Source: an uncultured Actinomycetes bacterium
GTDB taxonomy: Bacteria; Actinomycetota; UBA4738; HRBIN12
Reading direction: 5' to 3'
NCBI GenBank assembly: GCA_963810915.1
Contig: CAWEPH010000006.1
Location: 555,004-619,003 of the forward strand
DNA: 64,000 nucleotides
Shown here one piece after another: positions 1-9,528 of the stretch; positions within the stretch are counted from its first letter, which is position 1; each line of letters begins with the position of its first letter. The notes below the pieces were generated by a model. It was not told where the DNA came from, ran no database searches, and saw only the letters and a program-made list of their open reading frames with translations. A program made the translations under genes and the position numbers.

Positions 1-112
<112 letters not shown>

Positions 113-186
113 TCAGGTCGTAGAGATGGAACGGGGCCCGGCGCTCGCGGACGCGGCGCGCGGACCCCCCGTTCCGACGTGGTGCG

Positions 187-480
187 TTACTTGGAGATGG
201 CCAGCACGTCGCGGGCCGACAGGATGAGGTACTCCTCGCCGCCGACCTTGACCTCGGTGCCGCCGTACTTGGAGTAGATGACCTTGTCGCCCACCGCCAC
301 GTCGAGCGGCACGCGCGCGCCGTCCTCGAAGCGGCCCGGGCCCACGGCCACGACCTCGCCCTCCTGGGGCTTCTCCTTGGCGGTGTCGGGGATCACCAGA
401 CCGGACGCGGTGGTCTGGTCGCCCTCGATCGCCTTGACGACGATCCGGTCCTCCAGGGGCTTCAGGTTGAAGTCCGCCAT
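187..480 (-). CDS. groES: co-chaperonin GroES
   Basis: ORF 187..510. Internal ATG at 480 gives [16 protein letters not shown]...[15 protein letters not shown]..., a typical GroES of about 97 aa. AAGGAGGAAG lies upstream. Confidence 0.95.
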   Translation of the reverse strand: MADFNLKPLEDRIVVKAIEGDQTTASGLVIPDTAKEKPQEGEVVAVGPGRFEDGARVPLDVAVGDKVIYSKYGGTEVKVGGEEYLILSARDVLAISK

Positions 481-503
481 GCTGTGCTTCCTCCTTGGGT
501 CCG

Positions 504-530
504 TTAGCACTCAATACCGACGAGTGCTAA
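504..530 (-). promoter_or_regulatory. CIRCE element (HrcA operator)
   Basis: Perfect inverted repeat TTAGCACTC-N9-GAGTGCTAA, 24 nt upstream of the groES start. Confidence 0.9.
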
Positions 531-531
531 C

Positions 532-561
532 AGGATAGCCACCGGAGTGCCAAAGGGTCAA
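532..561 (-). promoter_or_regulatory. putative groES promoter (-35 TTGACC, 18-nt spacer, -10 TATCCT)
   Basis: On the minus strand TTGACC(556-561)...TATCCT(532-537) directly abuts CIRCE. The -35 overlaps the stop codon of the upstream methyltransferase gene. Confidence 0.55.
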
Positions 562-1313
562 CGCGGGAAGGGACGGGCTTCGACAACCACCCAGCCGGAG
601 GGCGGCGTCGAGGCCGAGGGCGTGCCGTAGTCGGCATCGACCTCGACCTCGAAGCCAACCCTCTCGAGCACGACCGTCAGTGCGGAGGGGTCGTAGAGGC
701 GCAACACGTGGTGTTCCTCGGTCCTGCGGTAGAGCCCGTCGTCGCCCGCCGCGCGGAAGATCGTCATCCGCCGATCGAGGCTGCCGTCGTCATGCTCCTC
801 GAGTCGCACGAACATGCTCCAGTCCTCGCGCTCGTGGAACTTCCGCACGACGTCGGCACCATGGCGTCCCGGGGTCGCGACGTCGAACAAGAAGAGGCCT
901 GCGGGGTCGAGAGCCGCGTGCACGCGTGCGGCCAGGCGTTCGATCTCGCCGAGGCCCGCCCGTGGGTCGGTGGCGTAGTTCAGGGCCTCGCCGACGGCGG
1001 TTACGGCGACGGCGTGCGGGAGCTCGACGTCGAGGAGCGAGGCGTGGACGAACGTGGCCCCAGGTGCGTTCGCGCGCGCGAGCGCGACCATGTCCTCGGA
1101 GATGTCCACACCGCGGACGTCGTATCCCGCGTCGGACACGATCCGCGCGAGGATGCCCGACCCGCAACCGAGGTCGACCACGGTCCCCTCGCGCAGTCCC
1201 GCCGCATCGAGCGCGCTCAGAAGGTGCGCGGCGGCCTGCGCGGCGAGGTCGCCGAACGCCTCGTGATGGATGGCGGCCTGGTCGGCACCGTAGAACGGGT
1301 CGGAGACTCCCAT
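558..1313 (-). CDS. class I SAM-dependent methyltransferase
   Basis: ORF 558..1517. The conserved part starts at ATG 1313 (MGVSDPFYG...). Motif VVDLGCGSGIL. The upstream 68 codons are antisense to the neighbouring signal peptide and look non-coding. Confidence 0.8.
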   Translation of the reverse strand: MGVSDPFYGADQAAIHHEAFGDLAAQAAAHLLSALDAAGLREGTVVDLGCGSGILARIVSDAGYDVRGVDISEDMVALARANAPGATFVHASLLDVELPHAVAVTAVGEALNYATDPRAGLGEIERLAARVHAALDPAGLFLFDVATPGRHGADVVRKFHEREDWSMFVRLEEHDDGSLDRRMTIFRAAGDDGLYRRTEEHHVLRLYDPSALTVVLERVGFEVEVDADYGTPSASTPPSGWVVVEARPFPR

Positions 1314-2499
1314 GGTGGTGGAGACTACTGGGGTGTCCACCGTCGACGGCCCCGCTCCCACGGACGACGCTGTGGTGCAGCACGCGGTATCGCGCCGCGA
1401 CCTGCTGCGCGCCGGGACCGCCCTCGCGGCCGGGGTCGCGGTCTCCCCTTTGCTCGGCCTCACAGGCGCTGAGGCACGCACGCCGGCCGCGGCCGGCTGG
1501 TACGCGCCCGCCGACACCGTCCACCACGCCCGGACGTGGATGGCCTGGCCGGCGCGTCACCGTGTGTGGGGGTCGTGGCTCGAGGGGGCGCGCGAGGACG
1601 TGGCGCGGGTTGCGCGCGCGATCGCCGAGCACGAGCCCGTCGCGATGGCGGCCCGACCGCATCAGGCGCGTGCCGCCGCGGATGCGTGTGGATCGGGTGT
1701 CGACATCGTCGAGATCGCCAACGACGACTGCTGGATGCGCGACATCGGCCCCGTCTTCCTGGTGGACGGGAAGGGCGGACTGGCGGGGCTCGACCTGAAC
1801 TTCAACGGCTGGGGCGGGCGCCAGATCCACGTCGAGGATCGGCACGTGGCGCGCGAGGTCCTGGCCACGCTCGGCCTCCGACGGTTCGTGGCGCCGTTCG
1901 TCACCGAGGGCGGCGCGCTGGAGGTCGACGGGGACGGCACCGCCATGGCAACGGAGAGCTCGATCGTGAACGCCGACCGCAACCCCGGAGCTTCGAAGGC
2001 CCGCCTCACGCGTGAGATCCGCGCCTATCTCGGGGTGCGTGAGGTCCTCTGGGTCCCGGGCGTGCGCGACCGCGACATCACCGACGACCACATCGACGGG
2101 CTCGCCCGGTTCTCGCGGCCCGGTCACGTGGTGGTGGATCAGCCGGCAGATCCCGATGCCCACGACGTCTGGGCCGAGTCCGAACGTCGGGCGTTGCGCA
2201 TCCTGCGTCGGGCGACCGACGCGCGCGCACGCACCCTGCGGTGCCGCATCTCGCGCGAGCCACGACGCATCCCCCCGGGCACGCACCCCCGCCTCTTCGT
2301 CCGCTCCTACGTGAACTGGTACGTGTGCAACGGCGCCGTGCTCATCCCCTCGTTCACCGACCGGAAGGCCGACGCCGACGCGCGCGCCCTCGTCCGCGAC
2401 CTCTACCCGGGCCGTCGCGTGGTCCAGCTGCGGATCGACACGATCGGCGACGGCGGCGGCGGGATCCACTGCATCACCCAGCAACAGCCCGCCGTCTGA
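1312..2499 (+). CDS. agmatine deiminase / PAD_porph family protein with predicted Tat signal
   Basis: SRRDLLRAG twin-arginine motif, a hydrophobic stretch and AEA. Family motifs WMRD, EGG..E.DG.GT and C-terminal GGGGIHCITQQQP. The start is uncertain: ATG 1312 or the GTGs at 1372/1375. Confidence 0.85.
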   Translation: MVVETTGVSTVDGPAPTDDAVVQHAVSRRDLLRAGTALAAGVAVSPLLGLTGAEARTPAAAGWYAPADTVHHARTWMAWPARHRVWGSWLEGAREDVARVARAIAEHEPVAMAARPHQARAAADACGSGVDIVEIANDDCWMRDIGPVFLVDGKGGLAGLDLNFNGWGGRQIHVEDRHVAREVLATLGLRRFVAPFVTEGGALEVDGDGTAMATESSIVNADRNPGASKARLTREIRAYLGVREVLWVPGVRDRDITDDHIDGLARFSRPGHVVVDQPADPDAHDVWAESERRALRILRRATDARARTLRCRISREPRRIPPGTHPRLFVRSYVNWYVCNGAVLIPSFTDRKADADARALVRDLYPGRRVVQLRIDTIGDGGGGIHCITQQQPAV

Positions 2500-2622
2500 C
2501 CCTGCGTCGAGATGGGGACGACGGTGTCTGCTGTAGCGCGGTGGGTGGCTTGTGTCGCCCTTGCCTGACCGGAAGACTGAGGCGAGGTCGGGGTGGCGAT
2601 GCCCGGCCGGAGGAGGGACGGC

Positions 2623-3201
2623 ATGAAGGAAAGGATCCGCAAGCACCTGTCGACCGTGGTCGTGGCGTTCGCCACCGCCGCGATCGCGGCGGGCGGGACG
2701 GCGGCGGCGGCGGCGCTCATCAACGCCGACCGGCTCCAGGGCTACCCCGCCAACGGGCTGACACGCGTGGCGCAGAGCCATAAGAGCAACAACTCGGTGA
2801 TCGGCGACGGAACCGATCGAGTCATCCGCAAGGTGGGGATCAAGGCGCCGAGGGCAGGCTACCTCGTCGTCACGGCGTCGACCGACGGCTACCTGGACAC
2901 GGGGGCGACCGGCTACGCCAACTGCTGGATCGAGCTCGACGGCTCGAAACTCACGTCCACCGAACGGTCGCAGAACTACTACGACTCGGGGGCGGGCGAG
3001 AACACGGAGCAGGACTGTGCGACGAACGTCGCCTGGCCGGTGAAGGCGGGCAAGCACACTGTCCGGTTCACCGGTGACCCGACTACGGGTGTCATCTACG
3101 ACGAATCGACGCTCACCGTCCAGTACGCGCCGTTCAATGGCGCAGGCGCTGTGCCGAAGCCTGTTCCGCCGGCCCGTGCTGCTCGCGCCGGGGGCAACTG
3201 A
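2623..3201 (+). CDS. hypothetical membrane-anchored protein
   Basis: ATG 2623 preceded by GGAGGAGGGA. N-terminal TM helix (LSTVVVAFATAAIAAGGTAAAAAL) followed by a beta-rich domain. High GC3. No family recognised. Confidence 0.6.
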   Translation: MKERIRKHLSTVVVAFATAAIAAGGTAAAAALINADRLQGYPANGLTRVAQSHKSNNSVIGDGTDRVIRKVGIKAPRAGYLVVTASTDGYLDTGATGYANCWIELDGSKLTSTERSQNYYDSGAGENTEQDCATNVAWPVKAGKHTVRFTGDPTTGVIYDESTLTVQYAPFNGAGAVPKPVPPARAARAGGN

Positions 3202-3229
3202 TCCATAGTTGGAGCCAATCGGAACGCAC

Positions 3230-3258
3230 GAAGGCCCGGGGCGAAGCCCCGGGCCTTC
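3230..3258. terminator. bidirectional GC-rich hairpin between convergent genes
   Basis: GAAGGCCCGGGGC-GAA-GCCCCGGGCCTTC, a perfect 13-bp stem. Confidence 0.6.
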
Positions 3259-3280
3259 GGCCTTTGAGGTTCCGGCGCGG

Positions 3281-4267
3281 CTAGGCCTGCGCCTTCGCGG
3301 GCAGGCGGCCCGCGCCTTCGAGCTGACCTTCGATCCACGCGTACGTGGACTTGAGGCCATCCTCGAGGGTCACTTCGGGGGCCCAGCCCAGCACCGCCTT
3401 GCAGCGGTCGTTATCGCTGTTGCGGCCCCGCACGCCCTGCGGCTTCGTCAGGTCGTGCTGCTTCACGAGCGTCTTGCCCGCCACGTCGGAGACGAGGTCG
3501 ACCAGCTGGTCGATCGTCACCAGGCGATCCGAGCCGAGGTTCAGCGGCTCCCAGTGATCGGACTGCGCGATGCGGTAGATGCCCTCAACGCAGTCGTCGA
3601 TGTACGTGAAGGATCGCGTCTGCTGGCCGTCGCCCCAGATCTCGATGTCGTCGCCGTCGTTCGCGAGCGCCACCTTGCGGCTGATCGCGGCGGGAGCCTT
3701 CTCGCGACCGCCCTCGTACGTGCCGAGGGGCCCGTAGATGTTGTGGAAGCGCGCCACGCGGGTCTCGAGCTTGCCCTCCTCCTGGTAGTACTGGCAGAGT
3801 TTCTCGGAGTAGAGCTTCTCCCAGCCGTAGCCCTCCTCGGGGTCGGCGGGATACGCGTCCTCTTCCTTCAGCGGCGTCACGTCGGGATCGTGCTGCTTGT
3901 ACATCGGGTAGATGCACGCGCTCGAGGAGTAGAAGTGGCGCGTCACGCCGTTCTGATAGGCGGCCTCCAGCATGTGCGCGTTGATCAGCACGTTGTTGCG
4001 GGAGATGTCGACGCGATTGCCGGTGATGTAGCCGATGCCGCCCATGTCCGCGGCAAGCTGGTAGACCTCGTCCACGTTCGCCGTCGCGGCGACGCAGTTC
4101 TCCCACTCGCGCAGATCCAGGACCAGGAACTCGTCGGCCGCCGTCGGCTCGTACTCGGGCTCCTTGATGTCGACCCCACGGACCCAGTACCCGCGGTCCT
4201 TGAGGTACTTCACCATGTGGTGTCCGATGAACCCTCCGGCGCCGCCCACCACCGCACGCTTCTGCAT
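3281..4267 (-). CDS. NAD-dependent epimerase, GDP-mannose 3,5-epimerase-like
   Basis: GGAGFIGHH Rossmann motif. Long stretches recalled from plant GME: LAADMGG.G, SSACIYP, RFHNIYGP.GT..GGREKAPAA, WGDG.QTRSF..ID.CVEG, GVRGRNSDN. Confidence 0.7.
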   Translation of the reverse strand: MQKRAVVGGAGGFIGHHMVKYLKDRGYWVRGVDIKEPEYEPTAADEFLVLDLREWENCVAATANVDEVYQLAADMGGIGYITGNRVDISRNNVLINAHMLEAAYQNGVTRHFYSSSACIYPMYKQHDPDVTPLKEEDAYPADPEEGYGWEKLYSEKLCQYYQEEGKLETRVARFHNIYGPLGTYEGGREKAPAAISRKVALANDGDDIEIWGDGQQTRSFTYIDDCVEGIYRIAQSDHWEPLNLGSDRLVTIDQLVDLVSDVAGKTLVKQHDLTKPQGVRGRNSDNDRCKAVLGWAPEVTLEDGLKSTYAWIEGQLEGAGRLPAKAQA

Positions 4268-4522
4268 CGCTCGATCCCTTCCGTCAACTCGCGCCCAGAA
4301 CCTAGGTCTCGTTCGAGACTACCCCGACCGCGACGACCGCACGCGTCCGTTCCGGTCGCTGGGAGATGTAGGTCACTCCGGTGATAGTGATACCCGATGA
4401 GGACCCCATTGGCTACGGCAACGGCACTAGACAGTTCGTCGGGAAATGACGGGGGGACTGCGAAATCGCTTAGCTCCCACCGCTAGCGACGCCATCCGAC
4501 CCTGGTGACACGCCGCCGCCCG

Positions 4523-5869
4523 CTACGCGAGCCGGTCGAGGGGGAACCCGGCGAAGTCCAGGCCCGCCACCGCGTCGGCCGCGCCCCGCCGGAAGACCGC
4601 GCGCTCCCCCGTGTGGTTCCCTCCTCGGATCGTGAAGGCATCCGGATCGTCGGTGGGCTCGAGGGTGGGTCGCGGGGGCTCCGCGCCCACCCACAGGACG
4701 GTGAGCGCGCCGCCGCGCCACTCCACCCGGATGGCGTCGCCGCCGTCGGCCCACGCGTAGAGCCCCACCAGATCGCGGTAGGCGTCGGGCAGCGGAAGGG
4801 GGCGCGCCGGCGGCTGGACGCGCGGGTGTGCGCGCGCGGCATCCACGAGTCGGTCCATCAGCGAGAGCGCGAGGGCGCTCGCCGGCGCCTCGCCGTTGGT
4901 GAGGACCACGACGCCGACCCGGTCCGCCGTGATGAAGGCAACCCGCGCGCTGAACCCGACCGTGCCGCCCTGGTGCCCGACGTAGACGCGCTCGCCCCGG
5001 CGCTCCTGCGTCCACCCGATCCCCTGTCCGCCGGTCCACGCGTCGTCGGTGAGGACCACGGGGCGCTGCATCTCGTGCAGCGTCCCGGAGCGCAGCACGG
5101 CGTCGTCGCCGTCGAGCTGGAACGCGATCCACCGCGCCATGTCGTGCACGGTGGACCAGAGCCCGCCCTCGGCATCGGTGGGCTTCTCGCGGCCGGCGGA
5201 GACCGGCGGCTCGTCCGAGAAGCCGGGCGCGTCGTAACCGGTGGCGAGCGCGATGCGCGCCGGTGGGTCGAACCCGGTCTCGTCCAGATGCAGCGGTGCG
5301 AGGAGGCGTGCGCCGATCACGTCTCGATAGGGACGGCCGTCCGCGCGCGCGACGACCTCCCCCAGCAGTTGGTACCCGAGGTTGGAGTACTTGCGATCGG
5401 AGCCGGGCGGCACCACCACCTCGATGCGCTCCGCCGCCGCGAGCGTCTCCTCCACGCTCGGGAACCGACGTGCGCGCCAGTCCTGTAGCGGTGGCTGGCC
5501 CGTGATCCCGGCGCGGTGGGTCAGCAAGAGCAGCAGCGTCACATCCTCGATGGGGCCGAACGGGTTCCGCGCGGCCGCGAACTCGGGCAGGTAGACCGTG
5601 AGCGGATCGTCCAGAGCCAGCGTGCCCTCGTCGCGGAGCTGCAGCAGCGCGGTGGCGGTGAAGGTCTTCGTCACGGAGGCCACGCGGAACCCGGTGTGCG
5701 CATCGGGCGGAGCGGCGGCAACGAGGTCGGCGAATCCGTGGCCCGCGTGCCAGGCCAGGTCGCCGTCCACGACCGCGCCCACCGCCGCGCCGGGGGCCGA
5801 ATGGTCGTTCACGAACCGCGAGACGGCGGACTCCAGACGAGGGACGAGGGCCTCCAGCCAGGCCTCCAT
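4523..5869 (-). CDS. serine hydrolase, beta-lactamase / DD-peptidase family
   Basis: 448-aa ORF with an S-x-x-K motif (SVTKTFTA) near the N-terminus. Confidence 0.8.
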   Translation of the reverse strand: MEAWLEALVPRLESAVSRFVNDHSAPGAAVGAVVDGDLAWHAGHGFADLVAAAPPDAHTGFRVASVTKTFTATALLQLRDEGTLALDDPLTVYLPEFAAARNPFGPIEDVTLLLLLTHRAGITGQPPLQDWRARRFPSVEETLAAAERIEVVVPPGSDRKYSNLGYQLLGEVVARADGRPYRDVIGARLLAPLHLDETGFDPPARIALATGYDAPGFSDEPPVSAGREKPTDAEGGLWSTVHDMARWIAFQLDGDDAVLRSGTLHEMQRPVVLTDDAWTGGQGIGWTQERRGERVYVGHQGGTVGFSARVAFITADRVGVVVLTNGEAPASALALSLMDRLVDAARAHPRVQPPARPLPLPDAYRDLVGLYAWADGGDAIRVEWRGGALTVLWVGAEPPRPTLEPTDDPDAFTIRGGNHTGERAVFRRGAADAVAGLDFAGFPLDRLA

Positions 5870-5876
5870 CCGCCCG

Positions 5877-6821
5877 CTAGATCCCCTTCAAGAAGGCGAC
5901 CGTCTCCGCGAGCCCGTCCTCCAGGTGCGTCCAGGGCTTCCACGCGATGGCGCTCGGCGCGCTGGAGATGTCGAGCGCGATCCGTCGCAGCTCGCCCGGC
6001 GGCAACGGCCCGAACTCCGGGTCCTTGTCGTACCCGATGATCTCGGCGAGCAGCCGGAAGAGCCCGCTCACGCTCGACTCCAGACCGGTCCCCACGTTCA
6101 CGAGCTTGCCCGAGCCGCGCTCGAAGGCCTGCACGAAGGCATGCACGGTGTCGTCGATGAAGATGTAGTCGCGCGTCTGGTTCCCGTCACCGAAGATCGT
6201 GACCGGCTCGCCGAGGAGCATCCTCGAGGCGAAGATGGCCACCACCCCTGCCTCGCCGTGGGGATCCTGGCGTGGCCCGTACACGTTGGCGAGCGCGAGC
6301 GCCGTGTAGTCCAGGCCCCGGTACCGGTGGTAGAAGCCGAGGTAGTCCAGGACCGCCTTCTTGGAGATCCCGTAAGGGCTGAGCGGATGCGACCCCGCGG
6401 CCGCCGACTCCTTCGCGGGCAGCCGCTTGGGCTCGCCGTAGATCGTGCCGCCGCTCGCGGCGTAGATCACCTTGCGCGTCTGCACCTTGGTCGCGCACTC
6501 CAGCACGTTCAGGGTGCCCATCAGATTGATGCTGGCATCGAGCGCCGGGTCGTCGAGCGACGGGCGCACGCCGGACTGGGCCGCGAGGTGGAAGACCACC
6601 TCGGGCCGGTGCCGCTCGAACAGAGGCAGCAGACCATCGGCGCGCACGTCCATGTTGAAGAACGTGAACTCCTTGCCGTAGCCCCTCGCATCCACCAGGT
6701 TGGCGATACGTCCCGTCGAGAGGTCATCCACGCTGATCACGCGATGCCCTTCGGCGAGGAGACGGTCGGCGAGGTGCGAGCCGATGAACCCGGCGCCCCC
6801 GGTCACCAGGACGGTGCTCAC
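5877..6821 (-). CDS. NAD-dependent epimerase/dehydratase (UDP-glucose 4-epimerase-like)
   Basis: GTG 6821 gives VSTVLVTGGAGFIGSH... with catalytic YGISK. The start overlaps the tsaD stop as GTGA. Confidence 0.85.
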   Translation of the reverse strand: MSTVLVTGGAGFIGSHLADRLLAEGHRVISVDDLSTGRIANLVDARGYGKEFTFFNMDVRADGLLPLFERHRPEVVFHLAAQSGVRPSLDDPALDASINLMGTLNVLECATKVQTRKVIYAASGGTIYGEPKRLPAKESAAAGSHPLSPYGISKKAVLDYLGFYHRYRGLDYTALALANVYGPRQDPHGEAGVVAIFASRMLLGEPVTIFGDGNQTRDYIFIDDTVHAFVQAFERGSGKLVNVGTGLESSVSGLFRLLAEIIGYDKDPEFGPLPPGELRRIALDISSAPSAIAWKPWTHLEDGLAETVAFLKGI

Positions 6822-7825
6822 GTGGCCAACCTTAGTTGCGGATCGGCTCCGATGTCGAGCGACGTGCGCTCGCCGAGAGCGGCGCGAGCCGCTCCGACGC
6901 AGGCGATCATGGCGGCGTTGTCGGTGCACAGCTCGAGCGGCGGATAGAGCACGCGCAGACCCTCGGCCTCGCCCGCCGCCTGGAGGCGTTCGCGCAGCCG
7001 CGTGTTCGCGACGACGCCGCCACCGAGCAAGACGGTGGGCACACCCATCGCCTTCGCGGCCGCGATCGTCTTGGTGACCTGCACGTCCACGATGGCCTCT
7101 TGGAACGAGGCGGCCAGGTCGGGCAGGTTCAGGTCGTGACCTAAGGCCCGCTCGCGCTTCACGTAGCGCAGCACGGCGGTCTTCAGCCCGCTGAGGGAGA
7201 AGTCGTAGTCGCCGGAGTCCTCCATCGCGCGCGGGAAGGCGATCGCGCGCGGATCCCCACCCTGGGCCATCCGGTCGAGCGCCGGACCGCCCGGGAAGCC
7301 GAGCCCCAGCATCCGCGCGACCTTGTCGAACGCCTCTCCCGCCGCGTCGTCGAGCGTCTGACCCAGCACCTCGTGGTGGAACAGGGTCGGGATGTGCACG
7401 AGCATCGTGTGCCCGCCGCTCACCACCAGCGCGACGTAGGGAGGCTCGGGCGGACCGTGCGCCAGGAAGTTCGCCCACACGTGCCCCTCCAGGTGGTTCA
7501 CGCCCACCAGCGCGGCGCCCGTGGCGAGGCTCACGGCCTTCGCTGCCGCCATCCCCGTGAGGAGCGCGCCCACCAGTCCGGGGCCTACCGTGACCGCCAC
7601 GTGGTCGAGGTCCCCGAACCCCACGTCTGCCCCGGCGAGCGCTTCCTCCAGCAGCGGGTTGAGCGCCTCCACGTGGGCACGCGCGGCCACCTCCGGCACC
7701 ACCCCGCCGAAGCGTTCGTGCAGATGGACCTGGGAGGCGATCAGGTTGGACCGCACCGTGAAGCCGTCCTCCACCACCGCGACGGCGGTCTCGTCGCACG
7801 AGGTCTCGATGCCGAGCGTGATCAC
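6818..7825 (-). CDS. tsaD: tRNA N6-adenosine threonylcarbamoyltransferase TsaD
   Basis: VITLGIETSCDETAVAVV..., GVNHLEGH, VSGGHT. GTG 7825 overlaps the rimI stop (GTGA). Confidence 0.92.
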   Translation of the reverse strand: MITLGIETSCDETAVAVVEDGFTVRSNLIASQVHLHERFGGVVPEVAARAHVEALNPLLEEALAGADVGFGDLDHVAVTVGPGLVGALLTGMAAAKAVSLATGAALVGVNHLEGHVWANFLAHGPPEPPYVALVVSGGHTMLVHIPTLFHHEVLGQTLDDAAGEAFDKVARMLGLGFPGGPALDRMAQGGDPRAIAFPRAMEDSGDYDFSLSGLKTAVLRYVKRERALGHDLNLPDLAASFQEAIVDVQVTKTIAAAKAMGVPTVLLGGGVVANTRLRERLQAAGEAEGLRVLYPPLELCTDNAAMIACVGAARAALGERTSLDIGADPQLRLAT

Positions 7826-8373
7826 GCCGGGCGCCCCACCCCAGGCAATTCCTCGGCGATGGCCTCCAGGCGGCGCCCGTAGGCCTCGGTGCGGACGTCG
7901 TCGGTCCACATGATGAGCGCGTCCTCGCTCAGCTCCTGGTAGTAGTTGCGGCGGATCCCCACCGGGTGGAAGCCGAAGTGGCCGTAGAGCCGCTGCGCCC
8001 CCCAGTTCGTCACGCGGACCTCCAGGGAGACGGCGTGCGCGCCCATATCGATGGACTGGAGCATCTGCGCGTAGAGCAGGCGCGCGCCGATCCCGCGCCG
8101 GTGCTGCTGCGGGTCCACCGCGATGTTCGTGATGTGCGCCTCGTCGCCGTAGCAGATCATGCCCGCGTAGCCCACGATGACCTTGTCCGTGCGCGCCACC
8201 AGGTAGCAGCGGTTGTTGGGCTCGGTCATCTCGGCGACGAACAGGGCGGGGCTCCAGGGGCGCGCGTACACCTGGCGTTCGATCGCCATCACGCCGCGCA
8301 GATGGCGACGGCGCATCCGGGTGATCTCAAGCCTGGGCGCCGCGCGCTCGCTGATCCCACGCGATCTCAGCAT
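7822..8373 (-). CDS. rimI: ribosomal-protein-alanine N-acetyltransferase RimI
   Basis: GNAT motif QQHRRGIGARLL. Position between tsaB and tsaD. Start is ATG 8373 or ATG 8319. Confidence 0.85.
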   Translation of the reverse strand: MLRSRGISERAAPRLEITRMRRRHLRGVMAIERQVYARPWSPALFVAEMTEPNNRCYLVARTDKVIVGYAGMICYGDEAHITNIAVDPQQHRRGIGARLLYAQMLQSIDMGAHAVSLEVRVTNWGAQRLYGHFGFHPVGIRRNYYQELSEDALIMWTDDVRTEAYGRRLEAIAEELPGVGRPA

Positions 8374-9034
8374 CCGATTTCCTCAGGTACAGGGGGACGA
8401 TGTCGTGGAGCCGGTCGTGTTCCTCTCGCAGGAACCGGGGCACGGCGAGCTCGACAAGCGCCGCCGCCTCGGGGTGCGCCGAGATGGAGGTGCCCACCTC
8501 GACGCGCGCGCCCGGTTCCTCGAGTTCATGGCGATACAGCATCGCACCGTTGCCGACCGCCAGCACCTCTCCGGCCACGGCTTCCAGCTCACCTGCGAGG
8601 TGACTGGGCGGGCAGACCACGTACCCGGACTCGCGCATCACCCCGCCGGGGACCGCGCGGTACAGCGCGTAGAAGACCTCGCTGCGACGAGCGTCGATCA
8701 CGGCGGCGATGCGCTTGTGGGTGTGACGGCAGGCGTAGGCGAGCGCGTCGAGGCTGGGGATGCCCACGATCGGCACGTTGAGGACCTGGGCAAGCGTCTT
8801 CGCGGTCTCCACGCCCACCCGCAGGCCGGTGAACAGGCCCGGCCCGACCCCCACCGCCACCCCACCCACCTGCCGCAGGTCGATCCCCGTCCACGCCAGC
8901 AGCTGCTGCAGCGCCGGGCTCACCGATTCCTGCCGGGCCCTGCCGGCCACCGAGACCTTCGCCAGGATCTCCTGCTCGGTCCCGAGGGCCACGCTCGTCT
9001 GGGGCGTGGAGGTCTCGATGCCCACGACGATCAC
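8327..9034 (-). CDS. tsaB: tRNA threonylcarbamoyladenosine biosynthesis protein TsaB
   Basis: VIVVGIETSTPQTSVAL..GVGVGPGLFTGLRVG. GTG 9034 overlaps the tsaE stop (GTGA at 9031-9034). Confidence 0.9.
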   Translation of the reverse strand: MIVVGIETSTPQTSVALGTEQEILAKVSVAGRARQESVSPALQQLLAWTGIDLRQVGGVAVGVGPGLFTGLRVGVETAKTLAQVLNVPIVGIPSLDALAYACRHTHKRIAAVIDARRSEVFYALYRAVPGGVMRESGYVVCPPSHLAGELEAVAGEVLAVGNGAMLYRHELEEPGARVEVGTSISAHPEAAALVELAVPRFLREEHDRLHDIVPLYLRKSDAEIAWDQRARGAQA

Positions 9035-9528
9035 AGGGCGACCTCCCACGGCCGCAAGGCGTCCAGCACCGCGGCCCAACGCTGCATCCAGGCCTCGCCC
9101 ACGCCCGTGACCTGGATGCGGCGGACCTCGTCCTGCCCGCTCGGATCCTCCGTCGTGAACTCCACACGGAGGCGGTCGGGCGGCAGCAGCGCCTCCACCG
9201 CGTCGCCCCACTCCACCAGCAGCACGTCCTCGCCCGCCCCCAGCTCGTCCAGGCCGAGGTCCACCACGTCCTGAACGCGGTCGAGGCGATACACGTCCAC
9301 GTGTGCCACGTCGAGGCGACCCACGTACTCCTTGATCAGGGTGAAGGTGGGCGACACGACCTGGTCCTCGATGCCGAGACCGCGGGCGACGCCCTGTACG
9401 AAGGTGGTCTTGCCCGCCCCGAGCTCACCCGTGAGCACGACCGCGTCGCGCGGGCGCAGCAGCGGCGCGAGGGCTTCGCCGACCGCGCGCGTGTCCTCGG
9501 CGGTGACGGCCCGAAGATCGAGCTCCAT
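9031..9528 (-). CDS. tsaE: tRNA t6A biosynthesis ATPase TsaE
   Basis: Walker A motif GELGAGKTTFV and SPTFTL. The ATG abuts the UDG stop (TAGATG). Confidence 0.9.
   Translation of the reverse strand: MELDLRAVTAEDTRAVGEALAPLLRPRDAVVLTGELGAGKTTFVQGVARGLGIEDQVVSPTFTLIKEYVGRLDVAHVDVYRLDRVQDVVDLGLDELGAGEDVLLVEWGDAVEALLPPDRLRVEFTTEDPSGQDEVRRIQVTGVGEAWMQRWAAVLDALRPWEVAL

Noticed and set aside
128-175. GGAACGGGG ... CCCCGTTCC inverted repeat between groES and groEL, considered as a terminator or attenuator.
   Set aside because: The 9-bp stem encloses a 30-nt loop with no clear inner pairing and no U-tract. groES and groEL are normally co-transcribed. The evidence is too weak to annotate.
4268-4522. 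A 255-nt lower-GC spacer containing GTCTC-GTTC-GAGAC and a GTGATAGTGATA direct repeat, examined for a tRNA, operator or riboswitch.
   Set aside because: No cloverleaf, T-loop or anticodon-arm arrangement could be drawn. The repeat is a single dimer with no palindromic partner. I treat the region as an ordinary promoter/leader for the epimerase gene.
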